Positions 23,609 through 32,673 of a stretch of DNA of 42,288 bases are shown here, one piece after another (the first letter of the stretch is position 1; each line of letters opens with the position of its first letter). A program made the translations under genes and the position numbers. The stretch comes from Nitrosomonadales bacterium (GTDB lineage: Bacteria > Pseudomonadota > Gammaproteobacteria > Burkholderiales > Sulfuricellaceae): assembly GCA_003104895.1 (NCBI GenBank), contig PQAG01000055.1:1-42288 (forward strand), written 5' to 3'. Below the pieces are notes generated by a model. That model searched no databases, had not been told where the DNA came from, and worked only from the letters and a program-made list of their open reading frames with translations.

Positions 23609-24279
23609 GCATGCTGCAAACCGTCCTTGCTTTGCTGCGGCGCGAGTTGACGCTGGCCATGAGGCGGCGCGGGGATGTGCTGACCGTCCTGTTTTTTTTC
23701 GTCATCGTCGCCAGCCTGTTCCCGCTCGGCGTGGGGCCGGACGCCAAGCTGCTGCGCCTGATGGGCGGCGGGGTGGTGTGGGTGGCGGCGTTGCTGGCGG
23801 CCATGCTTTCGCTGGGCCGCCTGTTTGCCAACGACTACGCCGACGGCACGCTGGAACAGCTGGTTTTGTCGCCGGCGCCTCCGGTGGTGTGGATCACCGG
23901 TAAAATCCTGGCGCACTGGCTGGTGAGCGGAGTGCCGCTGATCCTGATGGCGCCGGTGCTGGGGGTCCAGTATGGCCTGTCGAGCGAGGCGTTGGGCGTG
24001 CTGGTGTTTTCTCTGCTGCTCGGGACGCCGGTGCTGTCGCTGATCGGCGCCGTCGGGGCGGCCCTGACCCTGGGTTTGCGCGGCGGCGGGGTGCTGGTGT
24101 CGCTGCTGGTGCTGCCGCTCTACATTCCGGTGCTGATTTTTGGCGCCGGGGCGGTGGATGGCGCGATGGCGGGGCTGGGCGCGGAAGCGCACCTGTCATT
24201 GCTGGGTAGCATTCTGATTCTGGCCTTCTTGCTGACGCCCTGGGCGGTGTCGGCAGCGTTGCGGATTTCGATTGAATGA
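23605..24279 (+). CDS. ccmB: Heme exporter permease CcmB
   Basis: LFPLGVGPD, DYADGTLEQL, LVLPLYIPVLIFG. Confidence 0.96.
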   Translation: MSMLQTVLALLRRELTLAMRRRGDVLTVLFFFVIVASLFPLGVGPDAKLLRLMGGGVVWVAALLAAMLSLGRLFANDYADGTLEQLVLSPAPPVVWITGKILAHWLVSGVPLILMAPVLGVQYGLSSEALGVLVFSLLLGTPVLSLIGAVGAALTLGLRGGGVLVSLLVLPLYIPVLIFGAGAVDGAMAGLGAEAHLSLLGSILILAFLLTPWAVSAALRISIE

Positions 24280-25022
24280 TGAATAGCCTTAATTTGTACA
24301 AATATGCTTCTCCGGCGACTTTCTATGATCTTGCCGGAAGGATGATCCCGTGGTTTTACGCAGCGGCCGCCCTGCTCGGCGTGGCTGGACTGTATATCGG
24401 GTTTTTCCTCGCGCCCACCGATTTCCAGCAGAGCGAAGCCTACCGCATCATCTTCATCCACGTGCCGGCCTCCTGGATGTCGATGTTCATTTATGTGGTG
24501 ATGGCAATCTGGGCGGCGATCGGGCTGGCCTTCAACACGCGCCTGTCATTCATGATGGCGAGCGCGCTGGCGCCGACCGGCGCCATGCTGACCTTCGTCG
24601 CCTTGTGGACCGGCGCCCTGTGGGGCAGGCCGACCTGGGGCGCGTGGTGGGTATGGGACGCGCGCCTGACTTCGGAGCTGATCCTGTTCTTCCTGTATGT
24701 CGGCTTCATGGCGCTGCAGGCGGCGATCGACGACCCGCGCCGCGCCGACCGCGCCGGTGCGCTGATCGCCCTGGTGGGCGTGGTCAACGTGCCGATCATC
24801 TATTTTTCCGTCAGGTGGTGGAATACCCTGCATCAGGGCGCTTCGGTGAGCGTGAGCAAGGCGCCGAGCATGGCCAGCATCATGCTGGCAGGCATGCTGG
24901 TGATGGCAATCGCGGTGTGGATGTATGCCATCGCGGCGGCGCTTTCGCGGGTGCGCAGCATCATCCTGGAGCGCGAGCGCAACAGCCAGTGGGTGGCGCA
25001 ACTGCTGGAGGGCAAAGCATGA
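24276..25022 (+). CDS. ccmC: Heme exporter CcmC
   Basis: IIFIHVPASW, WWD-domain WGRPTWGAWWVWDARLTSEL, WWNTLHQ. Confidence 0.97.
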   Translation: MMNSLNLYKYASPATFYDLAGRMIPWFYAAAALLGVAGLYIGFFLAPTDFQQSEAYRIIFIHVPASWMSMFIYVVMAIWAAIGLAFNTRLSFMMASALAPTGAMLTFVALWTGALWGRPTWGAWWVWDARLTSELILFFLYVGFMALQAAIDDPRRADRAGALIALVGVVNVPIIYFSVRWWNTLHQGASVSVSKAPSMASIMLAGMLVMAIAVWMYAIAAALSRVRSIILERERNSQWVAQLLEGKA

Positions 25023-25213
25023 ACTGGAATGGCTGGACGGAATTTTTTCACATGGGCGGGTACGCCCTTTACGTGTGGGGATCCTATGGGGTTACGGCCG
25101 CCTTGATCATCGGCGAGCTGGTGTTGTTGAGAATGCGGCGCCAGAAGGCTTTGCAGCTGGCAAAACGTTCTGTCAAATATGGCAAGGTTGAGAGCGATGA
25201 AAGCACGGCATAA
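25019..25213 (+). CDS. ccmD: Heme exporter protein CcmD (64 aa)
   Basis: ATGA overlap with ccm[25 protein letters not shown] is the CcmD signature. Hidden in the 3' end of track ORF 24350-25213. Confidence 0.92.
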   Translation: MNWNGWTEFFHMGGYALYVWGSYGVTAALIIGELVLLRMRRQKALQLAKRSVKYGKVESDESTA

Positions 25214-25649
25214 GAAACTGATCCTGATCGGCGTGGTGGTGGCTGCGCTGGGCGCGGTGGCTGCGCTGGTGCTCAATGCTTTCCAGAGCAATCTGGTGTT
25301 TTTCTTCTCCCCGACCCAGGTCGTCAACGGCGAGGCGCCGAAGGAGCGCGCTTTCCGCATTGGCGGACTGGTCGAGGACGGCAGCCTGCGCCGCGAGGCC
25401 GATGGCGTGACGGCGCATTTCCGCATCACAGATACGGCGCAGACCATCCCGGTGACCTACAAGGGCCTCCTGCCCGACCTGTTCAAGGAAGGCAAGGGGG
25501 TGGTGGCGGAAGGGCGCATGAACAGCAGCGGCGTGTTCGTGGCCGAGCAGGTGCTGGCCAAGCACGACGAGAATTACATGCCGCCCGAGGCGGCCAGCGC
25601 GCTGGAACAGGCGCAAAAAGCCCAGAAAACGGTCGTAGCGCCTAAATAG
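25197..25649 (+). CDS. ccmE: Heme chaperone CcmE
   Basis: [25 protein letters not shown], heme-binding [11 protein letters not shown]. Confidence 0.97.
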   Translation: MKARHKKLILIGVVVAALGAVAALVLNAFQSNLVFFFSPTQVVNGEAPKERAFRIGGLVEDGSLRREADGVTAHFRITDTAQTIPVTYKGLLPDLFKEGKGVVAEGRMNSSGVFVAEQVLAKHDENYMPPEAASALEQAQKAQKTVVAPK

Positions 25650-25693
25650 TTAGTTTGACGAAAATTATCCAGATCCCGGCAAAAAGGTAAAAA

Positions 25694-27619
25694 ATGATTC
25701 CAGAACTCGGCCATTTCTCCTTAATCCTGGCGCTGCTGCTCGCCCTGGTCCAAGGCATCCTGCCCCTGGCGGGCGCGGCGCGCAACAATCCTGCGTGGAT
25801 CGCGGTCGCCAAACCGGCGGCGCGCGCCCAGTTCCTGTTTGTTGCCATTGCCTTTGGCGCTTTGGCCTGGTCGTTCCTGAGCAACGATTTTTCGGTCATC
25901 AATGTGACCCGCAACTCTCATTCCCGCCTCCCCGAAGTTTACCGCTTCACCGCCACCTGGGGCTCGCATGAAGGCTCGATGCTGCTTTGGACCTTCATCC
26001 TCGGCATGTGGACCGTGGCTGTCACCCTGTTCAGCCGCCATCTGCCGGACGACATGGTGGCGCGGGTGGTCGGCGTGATGGGGCTGGTCAGCTTCGGTTT
26101 CCTGCTGTTCCTGCTCTCCACCTCCAATCCCTTCCTGCGCATGCCGATGGCCATGGACGGTTCAGATCTCAACCCCCTGCTGCAGGACCCCGGCATGGTG
26201 GTTCATCCGCCCATCCTGTACATGGGCTATGTCGGATTTTCCGTGGCCTTCGCCTTTGCCCTGACGGCCCTGCTTTCCGGCAAGCTGGACGCCAGCTGGG
26301 CGCGCTGGTCGCGCCCCTGGACCACGGCGGCATGGTCGTTCCTGACCATCGGCATCATGATGGGCAGCTGGTGGGCCTATTACGAACTGGGCTGGGGGGG
26401 CTGGTGGTTCTGGGATCCGGTGGAGAATGCCTCGCTGATGCCCTGGCTGGTGGGCACGGCGCTGATCCACTCCCTGGCGGTGACCGAAAAGCGCGGCAGC
26501 TTCAAGGCATGGACGGTGTTCCTGGCCATCGGCGCATTTTCCCTGAGCCTGCTCGGCACCTTCCTGGTCCGTTCCGGCGTGCTGTCCTCGGTGCATTCCT
26601 TCGCCACCGATCCGGCGCGCGGCCTGTTCATTCTCATTTTCCTCGCCGTGGTGATCGGCGGCTCGCTGCTGCTGTTTGCCCTGCGCGCTTCCCAGGTTGG
26701 TCTGGGCGGCCGTTTCGCGCTGGTTTCGCGCGAGTCCTTCCTGATGGTGAACAACATCCTGCTCCTGACGGCGACCGGGTCGGTGCTGCTGGGCACGCTC
26801 TACCCGCTGTTCCTCGATGCACTGGGACTGGGCAAGATCTCGGTCGGGCCGCCTTATTTCAACTCCGTGTTCGTTCCCCTGGTATCGCCGCTGATTTTCC
26901 TTGCCGGCCTGGGGCCATTGGCACGCTGGAAGCAGGTGAACGTGCCTGAACTCGCGCACCGCCTGAAATGGGGCTTCGGCGCCAGCGTCGTGGCGGCATT
27001 GCTGCTGCCCTTCACGCAGGAGACGTGGCAGCCGCTGGTTTCCCTGGGGATTCTGCTGGCCCTGTGGATCGCCGTGACAGTTGTCATCAGTGTGCGCGCG
27101 CGGATGCGCACGGCCGCAGGCTGGTCGGCGAACTTCTATGGCATGCATCTGGCCCACCTTGGCGTGGCGGTGACGGTCATCGGCGTCACCATGGTGTCTT
27201 CCTACCAGACCGAGCGCAACATGCGCATGGCGGTGGGCGATACGGTCACGATGCAGGGCTATACCTTCCGCTTCGGCGGCGTGACCGATGTGACCGGCCC
27301 GAATTACACGGGCGCGCGCGGCATGCTCGAGGTGAGCCGCAACGGCAAGCCGCTCACCACCCTGTACCCGGAAAAACGCGTTTACGTGGCCTCCGGCATG
27401 CCTTTCACCGAATCGGCGATCGATTACGGCTTTACGCGCGACCTGTATACCGCGCTGGGTGAGCGCCTGGATGGCGGAGCCTGGAGCGTGCGGCTGTTCC
27501 ACAAACCGTTCGTGGTGTGGATCTGGATCGGTTCAGTGCTCATGGCCCTCGGCGGGTTCATGGCGATCACCGACCGGCGCTACCGCACCTCGCGCAAGAA
27601 AGGGAGGGTTCAAGCATGA
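25694..27619 (+). CDS. ccmF: Cytochrome c synthetase CcmF
   Basis: MIPELGHF, WGSHEGS, LNPLLQD, HPP, WAYYELGWGGWWFWDPVENAS, SVHSFA. Confidence 0.97.
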   Translation: MIPELGHFSLILALLLALVQGILPLAGAARNNPAWIAVAKPAARAQFLFVAIAFGALAWSFLSNDFSVINVTRNSHSRLPEVYRFTATWGSHEGSMLLWTFILGMWTVAVTLFSRHLPDDMVARVVGVMGLVSFGFLLFLLSTSNPFLRMPMAMDGSDLNPLLQDPGMVVHPPILYMGYVGFSVAFAFALTALLSGKLDASWARWSRPWTTAAWSFLTIGIMMGSWWAYYELGWGGWWFWDPVENASLMPWLVGTALIHSLAVTEKRGSFKAWTVFLAIGAFSLSLLGTFLVRSGVLSSVHSFATDPARGLFILIFLAVVIGGSLLLFALRASQVGLGGRFALVSRESFLMVNNILLLTATGSVLLGTLYPLFLDALGLGKISVGPPYFNSVFVPLVSPLIFLAGLGPLARWKQVNVPELAHRLKWGFGASVVAALLLPFTQETWQPLVSLGILLALWIAVTVVISVRARMRTAAGWSANFYGMHLAHLGVAVTVIGVTMVSSYQTERNMRMAVGDTVTMQGYTFRFGGVTDVTGPNYTGARGMLEVSRNGKPLTTLYPEKRVYVASGMPFTESAIDYGFTRDLYTALGERLDGGAWSVRLFHKPFVVWIWIGSVLMALGGFMAITDRRYRTSRKKGRVQA

Positions 27620-28140
27620 AACGTTTTCTGATTCCCCTGGGGATATTCATCGTACTGGTGATTTTTCTCGGCATCGGCCTCAAGCTCAATCCGCGCGAAG
27701 TGCCTTCGCCGCTGATCGGCAAGCCGGCGCCCGATTTCAGGCTCGCCCTCTTGTCCGACCCGTCCAGGCAAATGAGTCCGGCAGACTTGCGCGGCAAGGT
27801 CTGGCTGTTCAATGTGTGGGCCTCGTGGTGCGGCTCCTGCCGCCAGGAACATGACCTCCTGCTTAGCCTGGCGCGGCAGGGCAGCTTGCCGGTCTACGGC
27901 ATGGACTACAAGGATCAGCCCGGCGATGCGCAGGCCGTGCTGGCGCGCTTTGGCAATCCCTATGTCGAGACCTTCATCGATCTCGATGGGCGGGCGGCCA
28001 TCGATTATGGCGTGTACGGTGTGCCCGAGACTTATCTGATCGACAAGAACGGCACGATCCGCTACAAGCATACAGGCCCCCTGACCCGGGAAGTTCTGGA
28101 CGGGAAAATACTTCCACTGGCGAAGGAGCTGCAGCGATGA
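27616..28140 (+). CDS. ccmG: Thiol:disulfide oxidoreductase CcmG/DsbE
   Basis: N-terminal TM, PSPLIGKPAP, NVWASWCGSC, GVYGVPETY; ATGA overlap with ccmF. Confidence 0.95.
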   Translation: MKRFLIPLGIFIVLVIFLGIGLKLNPREVPSPLIGKPAPDFRLALLSDPSRQMSPADLRGKVWLFNVWASWCGSCRQEHDLLLSLARQGSLPVYGMDYKDQPGDAQAVLARFGNPYVETFIDLDGRAAIDYGVYGVPETYLIDKNGTIRYKHTGPLTREVLDGKILPLAKELQR

Positions 28141-28625
28141 GGCTTAACATGAAACTCGCGCAACGGGCCGGGCTGGCCATCTTCGCCCTGTGGTTTCCTC
28201 TTGCTGCCGTTGCTGGCGAGGCCGTGCCGGTCGCGGAGGACCCCGTGCTGGAGCAGCGCATGATCGCTCTTTCCGAGGATCTGCGCTGCCTGGTTTGCCA
28301 GAACGAGTCTCTGGCGGGTTCGCGCGCCGAGCTGGCGCAGGATCTGCGCCAGGAAATCCGTGACCAGCTGCGCGCCGGCAAGAGCGACAAGGAGGTCATC
28401 AATTATCTCACCCAGCGCTATGGGGACTTCGTGCTCTACAAACCGCCGCTCAAGCCCCTCACCTGGCTGTTGTGGTTTGGCCCCTTCGTGCTGCTGATTG
28501 GCGCTGCGGGCGGCTTCTATCTTTATCTCAAACGGCGCGGTGCGCGCCTTGCCGGGGAATCCCTGTCTGCGGAAGAGAAGCAGCGCGTGGAAGCTCTCCT
28601 TCGCAATAACGGAAATGAATCATGA
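28137..28625 (+). CDS. ccmH: Cytochrome c biogenesis protein CcmH
   Basis: LRCLVCQNESL, RYGDFVLYKPP. Confidence 0.95.
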   Translation: MRLNMKLAQRAGLAIFALWFPLAAVAGEAVPVAEDPVLEQRMIALSEDLRCLVCQNESLAGSRAELAQDLRQEIRDQLRAGKSDKEVINYLTQRYGDFVLYKPPLKPLTWLLWFGPFVLLIGAAGGFYLYLKRRGARLAGESLSAEEKQRVEALLRNNGNES

Positions 28626-29902
28626 GCAATTTCTGGACTATCTCGCTGTTCTGGGCAATTTTTCTCCTGCTCCTCGGGATCGCGCTGGCCGCAGTGCTGC
28701 CGCCCCTGCTGCGCCGCAATGCCCGGTCTGCGCAGGTGGACCGCAAGGCCGCCAACATCGCCATCTACCATGACCAGCTGGCGGAGCTGAAGGCCGACCT
28801 CGATGCTGGCGAACTGGACCCGCAGCAATATGAAGATGCCCGGCTCGAAATCGAGAAACGCCTGAGCGAGGACGTCCCAGTGGAATCCGCTCCGGTATCC
28901 GCCAGCCAGACCGGCCGTGGCGTGGGGTATGCGCTTGCCGGCGGGATTCCGCTGCTGGCGATCGGGATTTATGTGTTTCTGGGCAACCCCGATGCGGCGA
29001 TGATGCGGCCAAGCCCGCCCCCTGCGATGGCAGAGCCGGGCCAGCACGAAGCCGCCCCCATGATTGCTGCCCTGGAAGCCAGGCTCAAGAGCAACCCGGA
29101 CGATGTCGCCGGCTGGAACATGCTGGCGCGCAGCTATGGCGCAACCGGTCAATTTGGCGAGGCGGTGCGGGTTTATGCCAGGCTCACTGAGCTTCTTCCC
29201 GATGATTCGGGCATCCTGGCAGACTACGCTGACGCATTCGCCATGATGCAGGGCGGAAAGCTGCAGGGAAAGCCGCTGGAATTGATCAACAAGGCGCTGA
29301 AACTGAATCCGCAGGAAGGGAAGGCGCTGAATCTGGCAGGAAGCGCCGCCTATCAGGCCAAGGATTTTTCCAGGGCCGCGGAATACTGGCGCAGCCTGCT
29401 CAAACTGATCCCCCCGGATGACCCCTATGCCAATGAAATCAGGGCGGCAATTCAGGATGCCGGGAAGGCAGCCAGTCTTTCCGGCCTGGATAACCTGTCT
29501 GCCGTGGGCGCCAATGCCAGCGGCGTGAAAGAAGAAACCAAAGCCCAGGCAGGCCCGGCAGCGTCCATTTCCGGCACGGTGTCAGTCAGTGGCGATCTCG
29601 CCGGCAAGTTTGCCCCCGGCGACACGGTGTTCATTTACGCGCAGGCGCCGCAAGGTCCGAAAATGCCGATTGCCAGCCTGAAAATCACGGCCGGGCAGCT
29701 TCCCTATCGCTTCACCCTAGACGATTCCCTTGCCATGACGCCCAACGACAGGCTTTCGAACCACGCGGAAGTCATGGTCAGCGCGCGCGTGTCGAAGTCG
29801 GGACAGGCCATGACGCAAAGCGGCGACCTGCTGGGCCGGGCTGGTTCGGTCAAGCCCGGCCAGCAGGATGTAGCGATCGTCATCGACAGGGTTCTGCCTT
29901 AA
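28622..29902 (+). CDS. ccmI: Cytochrome c biogenesis TPR protein CcmI/CycH
   Basis: NIAIYHDQLAEL, two TM segments, TPR-like GWNMLARSY...ADYA, C-terminal beta-rich domain (VFIYA..GPKMP, ARVSKSG). Confidence 0.92.
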   Translation: MSNFWTISLFWAIFLLLLGIALAAVLPPLLRRNARSAQVDRKAANIAIYHDQLAELKADLDAGELDPQQYEDARLEIEKRLSEDVPVESAPVSASQTGRGVGYALAGGIPLLAIGIYVFLGNPDAAMMRPSPPPAMAEPGQHEAAPMIAALEARLKSNPDDVAGWNMLARSYGATGQFGEAVRVYARLTELLPDDSGILADYADAFAMMQGGKLQGKPLELINKALKLNPQEGKALNLAGSAAYQAKDFSRAAEYWRSLLKLIPPDDPYANEIRAAIQDAGKAASLSGLDNLSAVGANASGVKEETKAQAGPAASISGTVSVSGDLAGKFAPGDTVFIYAQAPQGPKMPIASLKITAGQLPYRFTLDDSLAMTPNDRLSNHAEVMVSARVSKSGQAMTQSGDLLGRAGSVKPGQQDVAIVIDRVLP

Positions 29903-30828
29903 CGTCCCAGCAGCATTCTTTCCACCGCGTCCGGGTCGCGCTCGGCGCGCAAGGCCTGGTGCAGCGCAGCGGCCTCCGGATAGGCGCCGCGCAGCATGCC
30001 CAGCCACTGCTTGAGCCGCCCCGGCGCGTGTTCCGGTGCCACCCGGCAGCGCAAGCGCCGGTAGTAATCCGCCACCCAGGGCAGCAGGGCCGGCCAGGGC
30101 ATGGCCGCTTCCCCTGTCCTGATGCGCAGCGCCAGGTCCGGGCGGACGATGGCGCCGCGCCCGATCATCACGTCGCTGCAGCCGCTGACCTGGCGGATGC
30201 TTTCCCAGTCCTGCGGCAACCACACCTCGCCGTTGGCCACCAGCGGCAATTTCACGACTTCGCGGATGCGGGCCAGCCACTCCCAGTGCGCGGGCGGGCG
30301 GTAGCCGTCGGCCCTGGTGCGGGCGTGGACGGTGAGCTCGTCGGCGCCGGCGTCCTCGATGGCGCGGGCGCAATCCAGGGTCAGCGAGGTATCTTTCAGC
30401 CCGAGGCGCATCTTGGCCGTGACGGGAACTTGCCGCGGCACAGCGCGGCGCGTGGCGGCGACGATGGTGTGAATGATTTCCGGATACTGCAGCAGGACCG
30501 CACCGCCGCCATGCCGGTTGACCATGGGGGCGGGGCAGCCGAAATTGAGGTCAATGCCAGGCGCGCCCATGGCGGCAATGGATGCGGCGTTTTCTGCCAG
30601 GCACACCGGATCGCTGCCCAGGAGCTGCACCCGAACCGGCACCCCGGCACGGGTGCGGCCGCCGTTGGCCAGCTCCGGCACGGTGCGCAGCAGCACGCGT
30701 TCTGTCAGCAGATGGTGGGTGACGCGCACGAATTCGGCGACGCACAGGTCGATGCCGCCAATGCGCGTCAATACGTCGCGCATATCCTGGTCGGCAAGGC
30801 CCTCCATCGGGGCGAGAATCAGGCGCAT
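29899..30828 (-). CDS. dusC: tRNA-dihydrouridine synthase (DusC-like)
   Basis: LAPMEG, VQLLGSDP, IDLNFGCP, VTAKMRLG, TVHART, ANGEV, MIGRG. Confidence 0.92.
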   Translation of the reverse strand: MRLILAPMEGLADQDMRDVLTRIGGIDLCVAEFVRVTHHLLTERVLLRTVPELANGGRTRAGVPVRVQLLGSDPVCLAENAASIAAMGAPGIDLNFGCPAPMVNRHGGGAVLLQYPEIIHTIVAATRRAVPRQVPVTAKMRLGLKDTSLTLDCARAIEDAGADELTVHARTRADGYRPPAHWEWLARIREVVKLPLVANGEVWLPQDWESIRQVSGCSDVMIGRGAIVRPDLALRIRTGEAAMPWPALLPWVADYYRRLRCRVAPEHAPGRLKQWLGMLRGAYPEAAALHQALRAERDPDAVERMLLGR

Positions 30829-30863
30829 GGTGTGGTTTTGCGGTTACGGGGCGCTTATTTTAA

Positions 30864-30930
30864 CGTGAAACAGTTTTGTGAAGCGTGAAGTCACTCGCTA
30901 CGCTTTGTTTGTGAAGTGTGAAATGTGAAA
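30864..30930. repeat. Six copies of heptamer YGTGAAR
   Basis: CGTGAAA (30864), TGTGAAG-CGTGAAG (30877-30890), TGTGAAG-TGTGAAA-TGTGAAA (30910-30930). Confidence 0.75.
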
Positions 30931-30942
30931 ATATCCACACTT
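30921..30942. promoter_or_regulatory. Candidate CRP-family binding site
   Basis: AAATGTGA-AAATAT-CCACACTT versus consensus AAATGTGA-N6-TCACATTT; in the divergent dusC/31034 spacer. Confidence 0.45.
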
Positions 30943-31033
30943 CGACAAGCTCGCTACCCGAATTTCCATAGTTTTCCTGACCTGCCCGGCCCTTCCCGGG
31001 CTGGCTCGGAATCGTTGCCATCAGGAGTTTCTC

Positions 31034-31504
31034 ATGAAGAAGCACACAGCTCTGTTAATGATTACTGTGACGCTGCTGGGTATTTTCCCGCTTAGCTATG
31101 CATCCCAGGACGATAACGACAAGACCACGGCAAAGGAGGTTCGACAGGAAATGGCCGATGCCGCCGAGGCGATCAAGAACTACACAGCCGACAAGCGCGA
31201 CGAAGCTGCTGTGAAGCTCAGGGCCGCGCTAGTCGCCCTGGATGCCCGCATCGAAGCCATGGAGGCGCGGATTGACAAGAACTGGGATAAGATGGACAAG
31301 GTTGCCCGCGAGCAGGCGCGCAACACCCTGAAGGCGCTACGCAAGCAGCGGGTCGAGGTGGCCGAAAAGTTCGGCAGCCTTCAAAATAGCACCGCCAGCG
31401 CGTGGGAGCACATGAAGAAAGGCTTCACTGATGCCTACGAATCACTTTGCAGTGCATGGGAGAAGGCTGAGCGGGAGTACAAGGAAGAAGACAAGAAGGA
31501 GTAG
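31034..31504 (+). CDS. Secreted, highly charged helical hypothetical protein
   Basis: AGGAG RBS; MKK + hydrophobic core + SYA signal peptide; mature part is Ala/Glu/Lys-rich amphipathic helix. Confidence 0.85.
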   Translation: MKKHTALLMITVTLLGIFPLSYASQDDNDKTTAKEVRQEMADAAEAIKNYTADKRDEAAVKLRAALVALDARIEAMEARIDKNWDKMDKVAREQARNTLKALRKQRVEVAEKFGSLQNSTASAWEHMKKGFTDAYESLCSAWEKAEREYKEEDKKE

Positions 31505-31623
31505 GGATTCCCTGTTTGAGTTGGGTTTTTTCATTGCCCCCATTCTCGGCGCAACCGGGGTGATGGGAGTGGCCGTGGGCTTTGGCGCAACAACAGCGTC
31601 CAGTTGCGGGCCCCCTCCATCGT

Positions 31624-31750
31624 TTAGCCCCGGTCGAGCATCCACTGGTAGGCGCCGAAGGCCACACCACCGAATTGCCAGGACCGAGAGGAGAACGCGC
31701 TCGATCATCAGCCGGTTGAAGATGTCTTCTGCCGGCAGGCGAGGTGGGTG
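31624..31750 (-). pseudogene. Frameshifted relic of the C-terminal membrane domain of a cation-transporting P-type ATPase
   Basis: Minus strand HPPRLPAEDIFNRLMIERVLLSVLAI, one extra base near 31672, then GGVAFGAYQWMLDRG-stop. Resembles the PPR-x4-IF loop plus next helix of type II P-ATPases. Confidence 0.6.
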
Positions 31751-31975
31751 CTTATGCCCATAGTCCGCCGTCGCAGCACCGATTGCACTTTCGATCTTCA
31801 ACCGCCATTACTGGCGATGAAGCTGCCATCAACCAGGCCGGGAGCAAGAAGTAGCGGAGCCCTCGCCAGTTGAAATGATGCTGGCCATATTCGCATTCTC
31901 ATTTCTGTGGCCCTTGTCATGATTATTGAGGCCCTGCACTTTCGGATCAGCGCAGGGTAACCCGGCATTCCACTA

Positions 31976-32617
31976 CTACTTGCAGCGTCCGATCGAACCG
32001 ATCCCGCAAGTCCGTCCGTCGGACCAGACAGCGCCCTTGAGCAATGCGCCGTGGAGCCGGATATTGGTCAATTTTGCGCCGGCGAGATTGGCCTTTTTGA
32101 GATTCGCCATGCCGAGATGCGCGCCTTCCAGATCGGCGCTTTGCAGCTGCGCATTTTCCAGATCGGCGCCGGACAGCTCGGCATGCCTCAGCCTGGCACC
32201 TTCCAGCTTGGCGCCCTCAAGGTCGGCCAGCCTGAGATCGGCCCTGACCAGCCCGGTGCCCTTGAGGGTGGCGCGCTCCAGATTGGCAGATTCGAGGTGG
32301 GCATAATCCAGATCGGCGCCATCGAGATTCGCTTCGCGCAGGTCAGATTGCTGCAGACTGGCATAACGCATGCGCGTGCTTTTGAAATTTGCCCCCTTGA
32401 GGGATGCGCCCCGGAGGTTGGCATGTTCCAGATTGGCGCCCTCGAAATCGGAGCCATCGAGCTGGGCGCCACGCAAATCGGCCCACTTCAGGTCGGCGTC
32501 CTTGCATTGAGGCGCGGACGCTTTCCAGCAATCGGACGCAGCTTGGGCCTTGCCATGGATCAACAAGCCCGCCAGCGCCAATAGCCAGAAACGATATCCT
32601 GCCGATTTTTTTCTCAT
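31976..32617 (-). CDS. Secreted pentapeptide-repeat protein
   Basis: AGGAGA RBS; signal peptide (MRKK...AQA); about 30 A(D/N)Lxx pentapeptides; Cys pairs at both ends. Confidence 0.92.
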   Translation of the reverse strand: MRKKSAGYRFWLLALAGLLIHGKAQAASDCWKASAPQCKDADLKWADLRGAQLDGSDFEGANLEHANLRGASLKGANFKSTRMRYASLQQSDLREANLDGADLDYAHLESANLERATLKGTGLVRADLRLADLEGAKLEGARLRHAELSGADLENAQLQSADLEGAHLGMANLKKANLAGAKLTNIRLHGALLKGAVWSDGRTCGIGSIGRCK

Positions 32618-32673
32618 TTCGTATTCTCCTTGTTGATTTTCTCTCTCCTGCTTTTCCCCCGGAACACCACAGC

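Noticed and set aside
24350..25018. Long N-terminal extension of ccmD
   Set aside because: It is an alternative frame inside ccmC; the real CcmD starts at the ATGA overlap at 25019.
31442..31801. 119-aa minus-strand ORF as an intact gene
   Set aside because: Only a short central stretch looks protein-like (the ATPase relic); the rest is out of frame and overlaps the 31034 gene.
32030..32500. Recurrent 15/30-nt periodic DNA (CCAGATCGGCGCC-like) suggesting a CRISPR or tandem array
   Set aside because: Fully explained by pentapeptide-repeat coding; no constant repeat with unique spacers and no cas genes.
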